From: Solirubrobacterales bacterium
GTDB taxonomy: Bacteria > Actinomycetota > Thermoleophilia > Solirubrobacterales > 70-9
Assembly: GCA_017304845.1 (NCBI GenBank)
Contig: JAFKLL010000011.1
Coordinates: forward strand, 81,480-145,479
Reading direction: 5' to 3'
DNA length: 64,000 bases
The position numbers and the translations under genes are program-made. The notes beneath the pieces were generated by a model. That model made no database searches. It worked only from the letters and a program-made list of their open reading frames with translations, and was not told the DNA's origin. This document shows, in pieces, positions 10,023 through 19,420 of the stretch; position 1 is the first letter of the stretch; every line of letters begins with the position of its first letter.

Positions 10023-10987
10023 GTCTCGCCGCCGTACTGGTCGAGGATGCGGGCCGGGCCGCCAGCGGCCCGGACTTCTTCCGTTCGGTCGAGTTCCTCG
10101 CGGCGGAGAAGGCGACCCACTCGCTGCTGATCCACGAGCCCGACGACCCGACCGCGCTGATCGCCTCGGCGCCGCTGCTGGTCCGCGACATCCCCGGCAG
10201 CGGCCGCCGCGACGCGATCTCGCCCTACGGGTATCCCGGGTTCGCGATCTCCGACGGGCCGCAGTTCAACTTCGAGTTCCCGATCGACCCGGCCACGATC
10301 GACTTCAGCTCCACCGGCCTGGTCACGATCTTCGTCCGGCATGCGCTGGGCGGGCCGCCGCCGCTGACCGGCGCCACCCCGCGCAACGTCTGCCTGCTCT
10401 CCGATCCGGACCTGCCCCGGAAGAGCCGAGCCTCGGACCGGCAGCAGATCCGCAAGAACCTCAAGCTCGGCCACACCGTCGAGATCACGCCCGGGCCCGA
10501 GACCTCGATCGAGCAGAAGGCCGAGTTCTTCGCCGCCTACACGGAGACCATGGTCCGGACCGGGGCCGCCCGGCGGTACTTCTTCTCGGAGTCCTACTTC
10601 AAGCGGATCCTCTCGGCCGAGGGAACCTGGCTCTTCATCTGCCGCAACGCCGAGGGCCAGGCCGCGGCCGCCTCGATCGCCGTGCTCAGCGACAGGCTGC
10701 TCCACTACTACCTGTCAGGCACGGCCGACGCCCATCTGAAGGGCGCGCCGATGAAGAACCTGCTCGAGGAGATGATCGGCTTCGGGGCCGAACGGGAGCT
10801 GGCGGTCAACTTCGGCGGCGGCATCGTCCCCGGCGACGCGCTGGAGGAGTTCAAGCGCGGCTTCGCGAACCGCGAGGAGCAGTGGTTCACCTCGGAGCTG
10901 GTCTGCGACCCGGCCGCCGACGTCGAGTTGACGGAAAGCCTCGCCCCGGGGGCCGACCCCGGCTTCTTCCCGTCCTACCGGGCCTGA
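10016..10987 (+). CDS. FemAB-like / GNAT-fold acyltransferase (Acetyltransf_6-like)
   Basis: Track ORF is 9791..10987. Start moved to in-frame GTG at 10016/10019, which overlaps the GNAT stop TGA (10020-10022). The C-terminal block LHYYLSGTA...GAPMKNLL...FGGGIVPGDALEEFKRGFANRE resembles FemAB/BioF2-like GNAT proteins. Confidence 0.5.
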   Translation: MVSLAAVLVEDAGRAASGPDFFRSVEFLAAEKATHSLLIHEPDDPTALIASAPLLVRDIPGSGRRDAISPYGYPGFAISDGPQFNFEFPIDPATIDFSSTGLVTIFVRHALGGPPPLTGATPRNVCLLSDPDLPRKSRASDRQQIRKNLKLGHTVEITPGPETSIEQKAEFFAAYTETMVRTGAARRYFFSESYFKRILSAEGTWLFICRNAEGQAAAASIAVLSDRLLHYYLSGTADAHLKGAPMKNLLEEMIGFGAERELAVNFGGGIVPGDALEEFKRGFANREEQWFTSELVCDPAADVELTESLAPGADPGFFPSYRA

Positions 10988-11883
10988 TTCAGCTGGCCGC
11001 GGGCGCCGCGCCAGGGCTGGGCGGCACGTAGCGCGCCGAGGATCGCGCGGGTCGCGGGAGCCTTGTTCAGCGCGTAGAAGTGGATGCCGGGAGCGCCCGC
11101 CGCGAGCAGCTCGGCGCATTGCTGGGCGGCGTAGGCGACGCCCAGGTTGAACTCGGCCTCCGGATCGCCCTCCGCCGCGAGCATCGCGGACTCGAGCTCG
11201 GCCGGGATAGTCGCGTCGCAGAGATCGCAGATCCGCTTGGTGTGGGCGTAGCCGGTGACCGGGATGATCCCGGCCAGGATCGGCACCCCGATGCCCTTCG
11301 CGCGGGCCGCGTCGACGAAGTCGAAGTAGGCGCGGTTGTCGAAGAAGAGCTGGGTGATCAGGAACTCGGCCCCGGCGTCGACCTTGGTCTTCAGGTAGGT
11401 CAGGTCGGTGTCGAGATCCGGCGCCTCGGGATGCACCTCGGGGAAGCAGGCCCCGCCGACCGAGAAGTCGTAGTTGGCGGTGATGTGGGAGGTGAGATCG
11501 GCGGCGCTGCCGAGCCCGCCCTCGGGCTGGACGAAGTCCTCCTGCCCGCGGGGCGGATCGCCGCGCAGGGCGAAGATGTTGTCGATGCCGGCGTCGCGGA
11601 GCCGGCCGAGCGTGGCGTCGAGACCGGCGACGGTCTCACCGACGCAGCTGAGATGGGCCATCACCTCGAGCCCGACGTCCTCCTTGAGGGCGGTGGTGAT
11701 GTCCACCGTCCCCTCGCGGGTGGAGCCTCCCGCCCCGTAGGTCACGGAGACGAAATCCAGCTCCAGCTCCGCCAGGGTCCGGGCGGTCTCGAACAGCTGG
11801 GTGCGCCCCTCGTCCGTCTTCGGAGGAAAGAACTCCACCGAGAAGACGGGCTTCTTGACGCCGATGATCTCGCCGATTCGCAT
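10975..11883 (-). CDS. metF: 5,10-methylenetetrahydrofolate reductase
   Basis: 302 aa. FSVEFFPPKTDEG, VTYGAGGSTR, ALRGDPP motifs. Confidence 0.9.
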   Translation of the reverse strand: MRIGEIIGVKKPVFSVEFFPPKTDEGRTQLFETARTLAELELDFVSVTYGAGGSTREGTVDITTALKEDVGLEVMAHLSCVGETVAGLDATLGRLRDAGIDNIFALRGDPPRGQEDFVQPEGGLGSAADLTSHITANYDFSVGGACFPEVHPEAPDLDTDLTYLKTKVDAGAEFLITQLFFDNRAYFDFVDAARAKGIGVPILAGIIPVTGYAHTKRICDLCDATIPAELESAMLAAEGDPEAEFNLGVAYAAQQCAELLAAGAPGIHFYALNKAPATRAILGALRAAQPWRGARGQLNQAR

Positions 11884-11909
11884 CCGCGAAGCCTAGCCAA
11901 AGCAGAGAA

Positions 11910-12473
11910 TCAATCGGGTGCGAGGCCGTGGCCGGTGGCCGCCAGCCAGATCGTGCGGCGCAGGATCTCCAGATCCAGTCGCAGCGAACGGTTCTCGACG
12001 TACTCGATGTCGAGCTCGATCCGCTCGTCCCAGGGGATCCCCGCCCGGCCCTGGACCTGGGCCCAGCCGGTGATCCCCGGCCGGACCTCGTGCCGGCGAT
12101 GCTGCCGGGGCGTGTAGTCGGCCACCTGGGCCGGGATGGTCGGCCTCGGACCGACCAGGGACATCTCCCCGCGCCAGACGTTGACCAGGTTGGGCAACTC
12201 GTCGAGCGAGGTGCGTCGGAGCCAACGCCCGACCCGGGTCACTCTGGGGTCGTCCCGGCCGACCACGGTGCCGACCCCGACCGGGTCGGAGCCGGGGCGC
12301 ATGGTCCGCAGCTTCAGCATCTCGAACTCGACCCCGTCCTTGCCGACCCTGACCTGGCGGTAGATGGCGCTGCCGCCGCCTTCCAGCCGGATCAGGATCG
12401 CCGCCACGATCGTCAACGGTGCGGTCAGCAGGAGCAGCAGACCGGCCAGGAGCTTCTCAGCCGGACGGCTCAA
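11910..12473 (-). CDS. Small monotopic phosphoglycosyl transferase (bacterial sugar transferase, PglC/WbaP C-domain type)
   Basis: Track ORF 11910..13712 is an over-extended frame. Start set at TTG 12473, overlapping the GT2 stop (TTGA). Sequence LLAGLLLLLTAPLTIVAAILIRL...YRQVRVGKDG..FEMLKLRTM...DELPNLVNVWRGEMSLVGPRP. Confidence 0.8.
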   Translation of the reverse strand: MSRPAEKLLAGLLLLLTAPLTIVAAILIRLEGGGSAIYRQVRVGKDGVEFEMLKLRTMRPGSDPVGVGTVVGRDDPRVTRVGRWLRRTSLDELPNLVNVWRGEMSLVGPRPTIPAQVADYTPRQHRRHEVRPGITGWAQVQGRAGIPWDERIELDIEYVENRSLRLDLEILRRTIWLAATGHGLAPD

Positions 12474-13648
12474 CGGGTTCCCTCCGCCTTCTCCCAGGCG
12501 GCGGGCGGGCCCTGGCGCCAACGGTCCCAGAGCCCCAGGGCGATCGAGAGCGTGACCTCGACGTAGTACCGGCTGATCCGGAACGGCAGGATCTGGAACC
12601 AGCGTCCCAGCGCGGCCCCGACCAGGAGCAGCACCTGGAGCAGCATGGTCAGCCCGTAGAACCAGCCCTGGCCGAGCAGGGCGAGGTTGGTCAGGAAGGC
12701 GATCAGGTGCAGGGCCGGGCTGAGGTAGCGCAGCAGCCGGTGCGAGATCAGCTCGAAGAGGTAGAGCGGGGAGTATCCGCGCGGGTCGAGCATGCCTTCG
12801 CCGACCACGATGTCCCAGAGGCCGATCATCATGCGGCGCTTGCGGGCCAGCTCGCCTTCGAGGCTGGGGACCAGCTTCTCGGAGGCGCGGGCGCGGGGCC
12901 GGTAGAGCGAGACCAGACGGCGCTTGGCCAGGGCGAAGGGAAAGGAGAGGTCGTGGCTGCCGGAGGGGTCGAGCGGGATGTAGGCGGAGGCGCGCACCGC
13001 GTAGATCGCGCCGTTGCCGGCCGTGACCCCGGCCAGCTCGGACTCCATCTCCCGCACCCGCATCTCGTAGCGCCAGTAGGCCCCTTCGAGGTTGCCTCCG
13101 TCCGGGCCGGTGAACCGGACCTGCCCGCAGACGTAGCCGACGCGCCCGTCGCGGAAGGGCTCGATCAGCTCGCTCAGCGCCCCCGGCTCCCAGGTCGAGT
13201 TGGCGTCGGAGAAGGCGAGCAGGCTTCCGGTCGCGGCCTCGGCGGCGGCGTTCTGCCCGGCGACCTTGCCTCCGCGGGGCAGGTCGAGGACCAGGTCCGC
13301 GCCCGCCTCCCGGGCGATCTCGACGGTGCGGTCGGTCGAGCCGTCGGAGGCGACGATGATCTGGAGCAGGTCGCGCGGGTAGTCCAGCTCGAGCGCGTTC
13401 TTGACCTTCGACTCGATCACCACCTCCTCGTTGTAGGCGGCGATGATCAGCGAGACGGTCGGCAGCAGCTCCTCTTCCGTGTCCGGGTCGATCGGCGGCG
13501 GGATCTCGCTCAGACGGCGGCCCCGGACCTCGCCGGCCCGACCACCGAGGCCGATGAAGTCGAGCAGCCAGAGGGCCACCGGATAGCCGAAGTGGGTGAA
13601 GACGATGAGTCCGGCCGAGAGCCAGAAGAGGACGAAGATCAGGATCAC
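12470..13648 (-). CDS. Membrane-embedded family-2 glycosyltransferase
   Basis: 392 aa with N- and C-terminal hydrophobic segments. SLIIAAYNEE, IVASDGSTDRT, AFSDANS motifs. GTGA overlap with the upstream GT4. Confidence 0.8.
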   Translation of the reverse strand: MILIFVLFWLSAGLIVFTHFGYPVALWLLDFIGLGGRAGEVRGRRLSEIPPPIDPDTEEELLPTVSLIIAAYNEEVVIESKVKNALELDYPRDLLQIIVASDGSTDRTVEIAREAGADLVLDLPRGGKVAGQNAAAEAATGSLLAFSDANSTWEPGALSELIEPFRDGRVGYVCGQVRFTGPDGGNLEGAYWRYEMRVREMESELAGVTAGNGAIYAVRASAYIPLDPSGSHDLSFPFALAKRRLVSLYRPRARASEKLVPSLEGELARKRRMMIGLWDIVVGEGMLDPRGYSPLYLFELISHRLLRYLSPALHLIAFLTNLALLGQGWFYGLTMLLQVLLLVGAALGRWFQILPFRISRYYVEVTLSIALGLWDRWRQGPPAAWEKAEGTR

Positions 13649-14775
13649 GCGGACACCTCACGGTAGAGGTCCAGCGTCTGACGGGCGATCTGGTCCCAGG
13701 CGAAGGGGCCATCGGCGGCGGCCCGGGAGCGGGCGGCGAGCTCCGCGCGGGCGGTGGCTCCCGCGTCGCCGGTCAGCGCCTCGAGCTCGAGGCGGAGCGC
13801 TCCCGCGTCGGCGGGCGGCACCAGCCGGGCGACGCCGTGCTCGGCGGCGACCTCTCCGATCCCCCCGACCTCGGAGACGATCATCGGCTTGCCGAAGGCG
13901 ATCCCGGTGTAGAGCACCCCGGACTGCTCCCCGTCCGTGTACGGCAGGACCAGCAGGTCGGCCCGGTCCATGATCGCGGGGATCTCGGCGTCCTCGATGA
14001 AGCGGGTCAGCCAGCGCACGCGGATCGGCAGGCGGTCGGCCAGTTCCCTCAGCCCGGTCAGGTCCATGCGGGGATTGCCGACGATCCAGAGCTCCGGCGG
14101 CTCTTCCCCGAGCCGCATGCCCTCGATCGCCCGGAGCAGCACGTCGACCCCCTTGTAGGGGCGGATCAGCCCGAAGAAGAGGATGACCGGCGGCCGGGCC
14201 CCGCCCTCGTCGGCCAGCTCGGGCGGCAGGTCGCGGACCGGGAGCCGGGTCAGGTAGTCGAAGGCGCCGTGCGGGATCACCCGCACCCGTTCGGCCGGCA
14301 GCCCGACCTCCTCGACGAGCCGCCGGGCGCCGCCCTTCGAGTGGGCGATCACGGCGTCCATGGCGCCGAAGGTCTTCTTCGCCTCGGCGACCTGCCGCGC
14401 GGTCGGGTCGGGGGCGAGCACGTAGTGCGCGGTCATCACCCGGGGCCGGCGATCGGCGATCAGGCGTCGGTCGATCCGGGGCATGGTCAGCCACTGGTAG
14501 TGGGTGACCAGCGGCCCGGGCTCGCGCTCGATCCTCTGTCGCAGCCGACGCATCTCCGGGACGTGCTCGACCGCCTTGGAGAGCCGGCGGGCCCGGCTGG
14601 AGACGCGACGGTAGAACTCGTAGCTGACCTCGTAGCCCTCCGGTTCCGGCACCGGGCCGTAGGTGAACTCCGAGGTGATCAGCTCGACCTCGGCCCCTTC
14701 GGCGGCCAGCGCAGCGGCCAACGCCCGGTCGTACGGCGGGGTGAAGGCGGAGGGGTCGATCAGCTTTACACGCAC
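13645..14775 (-). CDS. Family-4 (GT-B) glycosyltransferase
   Basis: Track ORF is 13645..14832. Preferred start is GTG 14775 (VRVKLIDPSAF..., the usual GT4 N-terminus); ATG 14796 is an alternative. The C-terminal E-x7-E region LVLPYTDGEQSGVLYTGIAFGKPMIVSEVGGIGE is present. Confidence 0.75.
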   Translation of the reverse strand: MRVKLIDPSAFTPPYDRALAAALAAEGAEVELITSEFTYGPVPEPEGYEVSYEFYRRVSSRARRLSKAVEHVPEMRRLRQRIEREPGPLVTHYQWLTMPRIDRRLIADRRPRVMTAHYVLAPDPTARQVAEAKKTFGAMDAVIAHSKGGARRLVEEVGLPAERVRVIPHGAFDYLTRLPVRDLPPELADEGGARPPVILFFGLIRPYKGVDVLLRAIEGMRLGEEPPELWIVGNPRMDLTGLRELADRLPIRVRWLTRFIEDAEIPAIMDRADLLVLPYTDGEQSGVLYTGIAFGKPMIVSEVGGIGEVAAEHGVARLVPPADAGALRLELEALTGDAGATARAELAARSRAAADGPFAWDQIARQTLDLYREVSA

Positions 14776-14781
14776 TCCCCT

Positions 14782-14790
14782 GATTATCGT
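14782..14790. promoter_or_regulatory. Shared AT island (GATTATCGT) that could serve as overlapping -10 elements for both divergent GT genes
   Basis: Plus strand: TATCGT (14785-14790) lies 8 nt before GTG 14799. Minus strand: GATAAT (14788-14783) lies 7 nt before GTG 14775. It is the only AT-rich patch in the spacer. Confidence 0.3.
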
Positions 14791-14798
14791 GGGCATTC

Positions 14799-15782
14799 GT
14801 GTTCGCCCCCTCTCCAGCCGAAGAGCCTGCAACGGATGCCACGCCGCTCGATCTGAGCTACTGCGTCGTCAACAACGACGGGCGCGAGTACCTGCTCGAC
14901 TGCCTGGCCGCGATCGAGCGCTTCCATCCGGCGGAACTGACCCGTGAGGTGCTGGTCCTCGACAACGCCTCCAGCGACGGCTCGGTCGAGGCGGTGGCGG
15001 AGCGGTTCCCCGAGGCCCGGGTGATCGCGCTCGAGGCGAAGCAGGGCAAGGCGGCCAACGACACGCTGCTGATGGAGACCGCGGCCGGGCGGTACTGCCT
15101 CCTGCTGAACGAGGACTCGGAGCTGCGGGCCGGCGCGGTCGACGCCCTGTTCGCGGCGCTCGAGAACGACGCCGAGGCGGGCGCGGCGGGCGCCCAGCTC
15201 TTCGACGGGGACGGCAATCCCTACGCCTGCGCCTGGCGCTTCCCCGGGGTCGAGGCCGCCGTGGTCGGCGCGCTCTTCCTGCATTCGCGGCTCACCGTCC
15301 AGAGCCAGGGCGAGCTGACCCGCCGGGTCGACTGGGCCCAGTCCTCGGCCCTGATGGTCCGGCGCGACGCGGCCGCGGAGATCGACTACATGGACCCTCA
15401 GTTCTTCGTCTACTACGACGAGTGCGACTTCTGCAAGCGGCTGTCCGATGCCGGATGGCACACGCTCTACGTCCCGGCCGCCGAGGCGGTCCACCACAAC
15501 CAGCTCTCGACCGATCTCTCCTCCGGCCTGCCCCGCATCGTCGAGTTCCACCGCAATCGCGATCTCTACATGCGAAAGCACCACGGCCGCGTCACCGCCC
15601 TGGCGGTCCGCGTGCTCACCGCCTGGGCCTACGGCCTACGGACAATCGCCTCGGTCTTCATGCCCGCCGCCCCCACCGACGTCTACGCCGCCCACACCCG
15701 CCAGGCCCTCTTCCCGTACCGGGGAGAAAGCCTCGCCGACCGGGCCAAAAGCCCCCAAAATCCCAAAACGAACCCGAACTGA
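14799..15782 (+). CDS. Family-2 glycosyltransferase (WbbL/rhamnosyltransferase-like)
   Basis: 327 aa. LSYCVVNNDGREYLLDCL, VLDNASSDGS, LLLNEDSEL motifs. GTG 14799 is the only canonical in-frame start before the conserved N-terminus. Confidence 0.75.
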   Translation: MFAPSPAEEPATDATPLDLSYCVVNNDGREYLLDCLAAIERFHPAELTREVLVLDNASSDGSVEAVAERFPEARVIALEAKQGKAANDTLLMETAAGRYCLLLNEDSELRAGAVDALFAALENDAEAGAAGAQLFDGDGNPYACAWRFPGVEAAVVGALFLHSRLTVQSQGELTRRVDWAQSSALMVRRDAAAEIDYMDPQFFVYYDECDFCKRLSDAGWHTLYVPAAEAVHHNQLSTDLSSGLPRIVEFHRNRDLYMRKHHGRVTALAVRVLTAWAYGLRTIASVFMPAAPTDVYAAHTRQALFPYRGESLADRAKSPQNPKTNPN

Positions 15783-15821
15783 AACTCCGTTCGCGTCTCA
15801 TCGACGCTTTTCGAGTTTCAG
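15779..15821. terminator. Candidate bidirectional terminator between convergent GT2 and flippase genes
   Basis: Outer 9-bp stem CTGAAACTC/GAGTTTCAG encloses an inner hairpin GCGTC-TCATC-GACGC followed by TTTT. It lies in a 43-nt convergent gap. Confidence 0.4.
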
Positions 15822-15825
15822 TTGG

Positions 15826-17394
15826 TTAGTTGCGTAGGTCCTCGTCCCACTGTTCGACCTCGACCGCTTCGGGGAGGCCTCGGCCCGGGCGGCCCTCGGC
15901 CTCGGCCGCGCCTTCCTCCTTGCCGGCGGCGCGGGCCTCGAGGATCTTCTCCTTCAGCTCCGCCGGTCGGGTCAGGAGCAGCAGCCAGCCCCGTTCCTCC
16001 TCGGTGAAGAAGCCGGTGACCAGTAGGGCGAAGGGCAGAGCGGCGACCAGCAACAGACGGATCGCGAGGAAGCCGATCCCGTCATCCGGGACGAGCACCT
16101 CGCCGATCGCCACGAGGATCGCGGTCGCGAGGAGCAGCTTGGTCAGCCGCAGCCACTCGTAGGGGACCGGGAAGAGGCGCTGGGTGAAGACGTACATGAG
16201 GATCACCACCACCAGGTACGAGACGACCAGGGACACCCCGGCGCCGACGATCCCCCAGAGCGGCAGGAGCAACAGGTTGAGCCCGACGTTGACCGCGACC
16301 CCGGCCAGGGTCGCGGGCAGGTTGTACTCGGTGCGGCCGGTGCGGCCCAGCACGACGAGCAACACCATGTACAGCGCGTAGAGAGCGGCGCCGGCCGAGA
16401 CCGGGCCGACCACGTCCGCGGCCGGGAAGAAGTCGGGCGCGGCGAAGACCCGGACGATCCAGGGCGCGACCAGCCAGAGGAAGCTCACGACCAGCGCCAT
16501 GACCGCCACGAACCAGGTGACCACCGCCGAGTAGGCCTGACGGGCCTCGTCGTCGTCCTCGATCGAGTAGGCGAGCGGCGGGAAGGCGAGCTGGAAGCCC
16601 CGGACCAGGACGCTGATCCCCTGCGAGACCTTGATCGCCAGCGAGTAGAGGCCGGCCTCGGTCAGCCCGAGCATGCGGGCGATCAAGATCCGGTCGATGA
16701 AGCTCAGCGAGTAGAGCGAGAGCTCGGCCGGCATGGTCGGCAAGCCGAAGGCCATCATCCGCTTGAGCAGCGGGCGATCGCCGGTCAGCGCGAGCCGCCG
16801 GCGGTTGTAGGCGATCAGACCGAGCACGACGCCGAGGCCGGTGCCGTAGCTGCCGAGCAGGAGGCCTTCGGCGCCGAGGTCGAGCGGCACCACCAAGATC
16901 ACCGTCACGGGAATGGTGATCAGGACCGAGAGCATGGTGACCGTGAAGAAGGCACGGGCCCGCTCGTCCAACCGGAAGATGGTCAGCAGGTACTCCGAGA
17001 GCGTGAGCACGAAGAGGCCGGGGATCGCGATCCGGGCCAGGGTCGGATCGGATTCGCCGAGCAGGGCCTCCGAGATCGGGCCGGCGAAGGGGAAGAGCAC
17101 GATCACCGAGACCAGGCCGGCCCAGAACAGCACCGCGAAGGAGCTCGAGACCACCTTCGCCTGATCCTCGCCGCCCTTGTAGTAGAAGCGGAGCAGGGCC
17201 TCGACCACGCCGAGCCGGATCACGATCGAGGCCGCGACCACGGCCGAGAACATGACCTCGGCCGCTCCGTAGTCGGCAGGGGTCAGGTACCTCGTGTAGA
17301 GCGGCAGCAGAGCGACCGCGATCAGTTTCGAGAGGATGCTGGCCGCCGTGTAGGCGGCGCCGGTGGTGGCTAGGCGGCGGAGGTATCCCGACAT
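15826..17394 (-). CDS. Polysaccharide flippase (MOP/Wzx family) with acidic cytoplasmic tail
   Basis: 522 aa, at least 12 hydrophobic segments. N-terminus LSKLIAVALLPLYTRYLTPADYG is typical of the Polysacc_synt family. Confidence 0.75.
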   Translation of the reverse strand: MSGYLRRLATTGAAYTAASILSKLIAVALLPLYTRYLTPADYGAAEVMFSAVVAASIVIRLGVVEALLRFYYKGGEDQAKVVSSSFAVLFWAGLVSVIVLFPFAGPISEALLGESDPTLARIAIPGLFVLTLSEYLLTIFRLDERARAFFTVTMLSVLITIPVTVILVVPLDLGAEGLLLGSYGTGLGVVLGLIAYNRRRLALTGDRPLLKRMMAFGLPTMPAELSLYSLSFIDRILIARMLGLTEAGLYSLAIKVSQGISVLVRGFQLAFPPLAYSIEDDDEARQAYSAVVTWFVAVMALVVSFLWLVAPWIVRVFAAPDFFPAADVVGPVSAGAALYALYMVLLVVLGRTGRTEYNLPATLAGVAVNVGLNLLLLPLWGIVGAGVSLVVSYLVVVILMYVFTQRLFPVPYEWLRLTKLLLATAILVAIGEVLVPDDGIGFLAIRLLLVAALPFALLVTGFFTEEERGWLLLLTRPAELKEKILEARAAGKEEGAAEAEGRPGRGLPEAVEVEQWDEDLRN

Positions 17395-18887
17395 GGGAAG
17401 GCGAGGCTATAGCCGATCGCGATCAGAACCCAGGTGATCGGGTCGTCGAGAAATCCGGCATACGTGAGCGTGTGGACCAGGACCGCGACGAAGGCGGCCA
17501 GCATCGCGGCCCGGGCGGCCGGCGGCCCACGGTCGGGATCGTAGGATCGGGCCGGGGCGCCCAGGCCGGGCATGACCCGCCGCATCCCGGCCATCAGAGC
17601 GGCGAACATCGCGACGATCAGGGCGACGTAGACGGCCAGCCCGACCAGGCCCTGCTCGGCCGCGACGGTGATCGGCTCGGTGTGGGATTCGGTCACCGGC
17701 GCGTTCGGCCCGGCCACCTCGCGCTTGAAGGCGACCGAGAACGACCCGGGCCCGTAACCCTGGATCGGCCGGGCCTCGAAGAGATCGAAGCCGCCCTCGA
17801 CCAGGTTCGCCCGGCCGCTGGTCTGCTTGTTGATCGCGCCCAGGTCGAGCTTCACCAACCCACCGGCGAAGGTGCCGAACAGGATCACCCCGACGACCAG
17901 CCCACCGACCCCGACCACCGTCCACTTGAGGCTCCAGCGCAGCGCGATCAGCACCCCGAGGCCGGCGATCAGGGCGATGAAGCTCGACTGCGAGTAGGTG
18001 GTCATCAGGGCCAGCCAGAGCACGGCCGAGGTCAGGGCCAGGGTGATCGCGTCCTTGCCGGGCCGGGCCCAGAGCAGGGCGGCGGCGACCACCGTGATCG
18101 CCAGGGCCAGGTACCGCCCGTAGACGTTCGGATCCCAGAACAGCGAGTTGACCCGGAAGTAGACGTGGAAGTCGTTGGAGCGGATCACCACCTGGTTCCA
18201 GAGCAGATCCCGGTTCGCGAACTCGACGAACCCGACCAGGGCGCAGACCAGGGCCAGGCCGACGATCACCGCCAGCAGGATGCGGAGCCGGCGCTTGGTC
18301 CACTCGACCTCGGTCAGCAAGGAGAAGACGACCGCGAAGGGGACGAGGAAGAAGCAGAGGTTCTGCAGGCCGGTCGAACGGTCGTCGGAGTAGAAGAGGC
18401 CGATCGCGTAGAGGACCACCGAGGCGGCCAGCAAAGGCTTGAGCCAGCGGGCCACCCCGTCCGGCGCCACGGTCGGGCGGGCCGGGAGGGTGTCGCCGCG
18501 CCGGGCCTGGAGCAGCGAGGCGAGCACGCCACCGGCCATGACCAGGTAGAGCGGGACCAGCAGATTGGCATCCTCGCCACCGAGGGCGAGCGGGACCCGG
18601 AAGGGCACGGCGACCAGGACCAGGACCGGCAGCAGCACCGGGCGGCGATCGAAGAGCCAGGCCAGGCCGCAGATCACGGCCAGGCCGCAGACCGTGGCGA
18701 GGGCGATCAGACCGGGGTTGTTCCGAAGCTCGGTGATCGGCCCGGAATGCCACTGGTCGGCGGCGATCAGCACCGGGACGAGGATCGCGGCGGCGGCCAT
18801 GGCGAGAGACCGCCGCATCGACGGCGCGTCGAGGATCGCGATCGCGGCGGCGACCGCGGCGAGGAGGGCGACCACGGACTCGATCAC
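17370..18887 (-). CDS. O-antigen ligase/polymerase-like (Wzy_C) polytopic membrane protein
   Basis: 505 aa, about 12 hydrophobic segments. Wzy_C-like block TTYSQSSFIALIAGLGVLIAL, with a large loop containing RANLVEGGFDLFEARPIQGYGPGSF. Confidence 0.65.
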   Translation of the reverse strand: MIESVVALLAAVAAAIAILDAPSMRRSLAMAAAAILVPVLIAADQWHSGPITELRNNPGLIALATVCGLAVICGLAWLFDRRPVLLPVLVLVAVPFRVPLALGGEDANLLVPLYLVMAGGVLASLLQARRGDTLPARPTVAPDGVARWLKPLLAASVVLYAIGLFYSDDRSTGLQNLCFFLVPFAVVFSLLTEVEWTKRRLRILLAVIVGLALVCALVGFVEFANRDLLWNQVVIRSNDFHVYFRVNSLFWDPNVYGRYLALAITVVAAALLWARPGKDAITLALTSAVLWLALMTTYSQSSFIALIAGLGVLIALRWSLKWTVVGVGGLVVGVILFGTFAGGLVKLDLGAINKQTSGRANLVEGGFDLFEARPIQGYGPGSFSVAFKREVAGPNAPVTESHTEPITVAAEQGLVGLAVYVALIVAMFAALMAGMRRVMPGLGAPARSYDPDRGPPAARAAMLAAFVAVLVHTLTYAGFLDDPITWVLIAIGYSLAFPCRDTSAA

Positions 18888-19420
18888 GAGGCCCCCACCT
18901 TCCCGGCCTCGGTCCGGTCGATCAGCTTGGGGCAGGCCGACTTGCCGCGCGGCGCGTAGCGGTGGAGACGGATCCGGCCCGGCAGGTAGAGCACCCGGTC
19001 GTTGTCATGCATCGTGACCCGGACCCGGTACTTGCCGGTCAACGGGATGCGCCCGTTGTCCTTGCGCCCGTCCCAGACCAGGGTGTGCTCCCGGTAGCGC
19101 TTGAAGAAACGATCCTTCGCGAGGCTGCGGATCGGGTTGCCGCCCCGGCCGATGATCTCGACGTCGGCGTGGTCGGACTTGGTGGTGCGGAAGTGGATCG
19201 ACATCCGGTCGCGCTTGCAGTCGCCGTTCGGGCTGAAGACGGTCGGCGCCTCGCCGTTGTCGGTGAACCCGAGCGCCCGGAACTCGACCCGGTCGATGAC
19301 CAGCGGCTCGCGCTTGAGCCGCTGCGAGTAGCCGAACGCGGCCACGGTGGCGATCAGGAGCAGCCCGATCGTGAGCGGCGCCAGCCAACCCGGGCCGCGA
19401 GAGCCACCAGGGCTTTTCAC
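18884..19420 (-). CDS. Single-pass membrane protein with FlgD-Ig-like domain
   Basis: 178 aa. N-terminal anchor WLAPLTIGLLLIATVAAF, then FSPNGDCKRD...VEIIGRGGNPIRSL...LVWDGRKDNGRIPLTGKYRVRVTM, the FlgD Ig-like pattern. Start/stop overlaps with both neighbours. Confidence 0.6.
   Translation of the reverse strand: MKSPGGSRGPGWLAPLTIGLLLIATVAAFGYSQRLKREPLVIDRVEFRALGFTDNGEAPTVFSPNGDCKRDRMSIHFRTTKSDHADVEIIGRGGNPIRSLAKDRFFKRYREHTLVWDGRKDNGRIPLTGKYRVRVTMHDNDRVLYLPGRIRLHRYAPRGKSACPKLIDRTEAGKVGAS

Noticed and set aside
12474-13712. Upstream extension of the phosphoglycosyl transferase ORF (track 11910..13712, 600 aa).
   Set aside because: It overlaps the well-supported GT2 gene in another frame. Small PglC-type enzymes of about 190 aa match the 11910..12473 core, and TTG 12473 gives a start/stop overlap with GT2.
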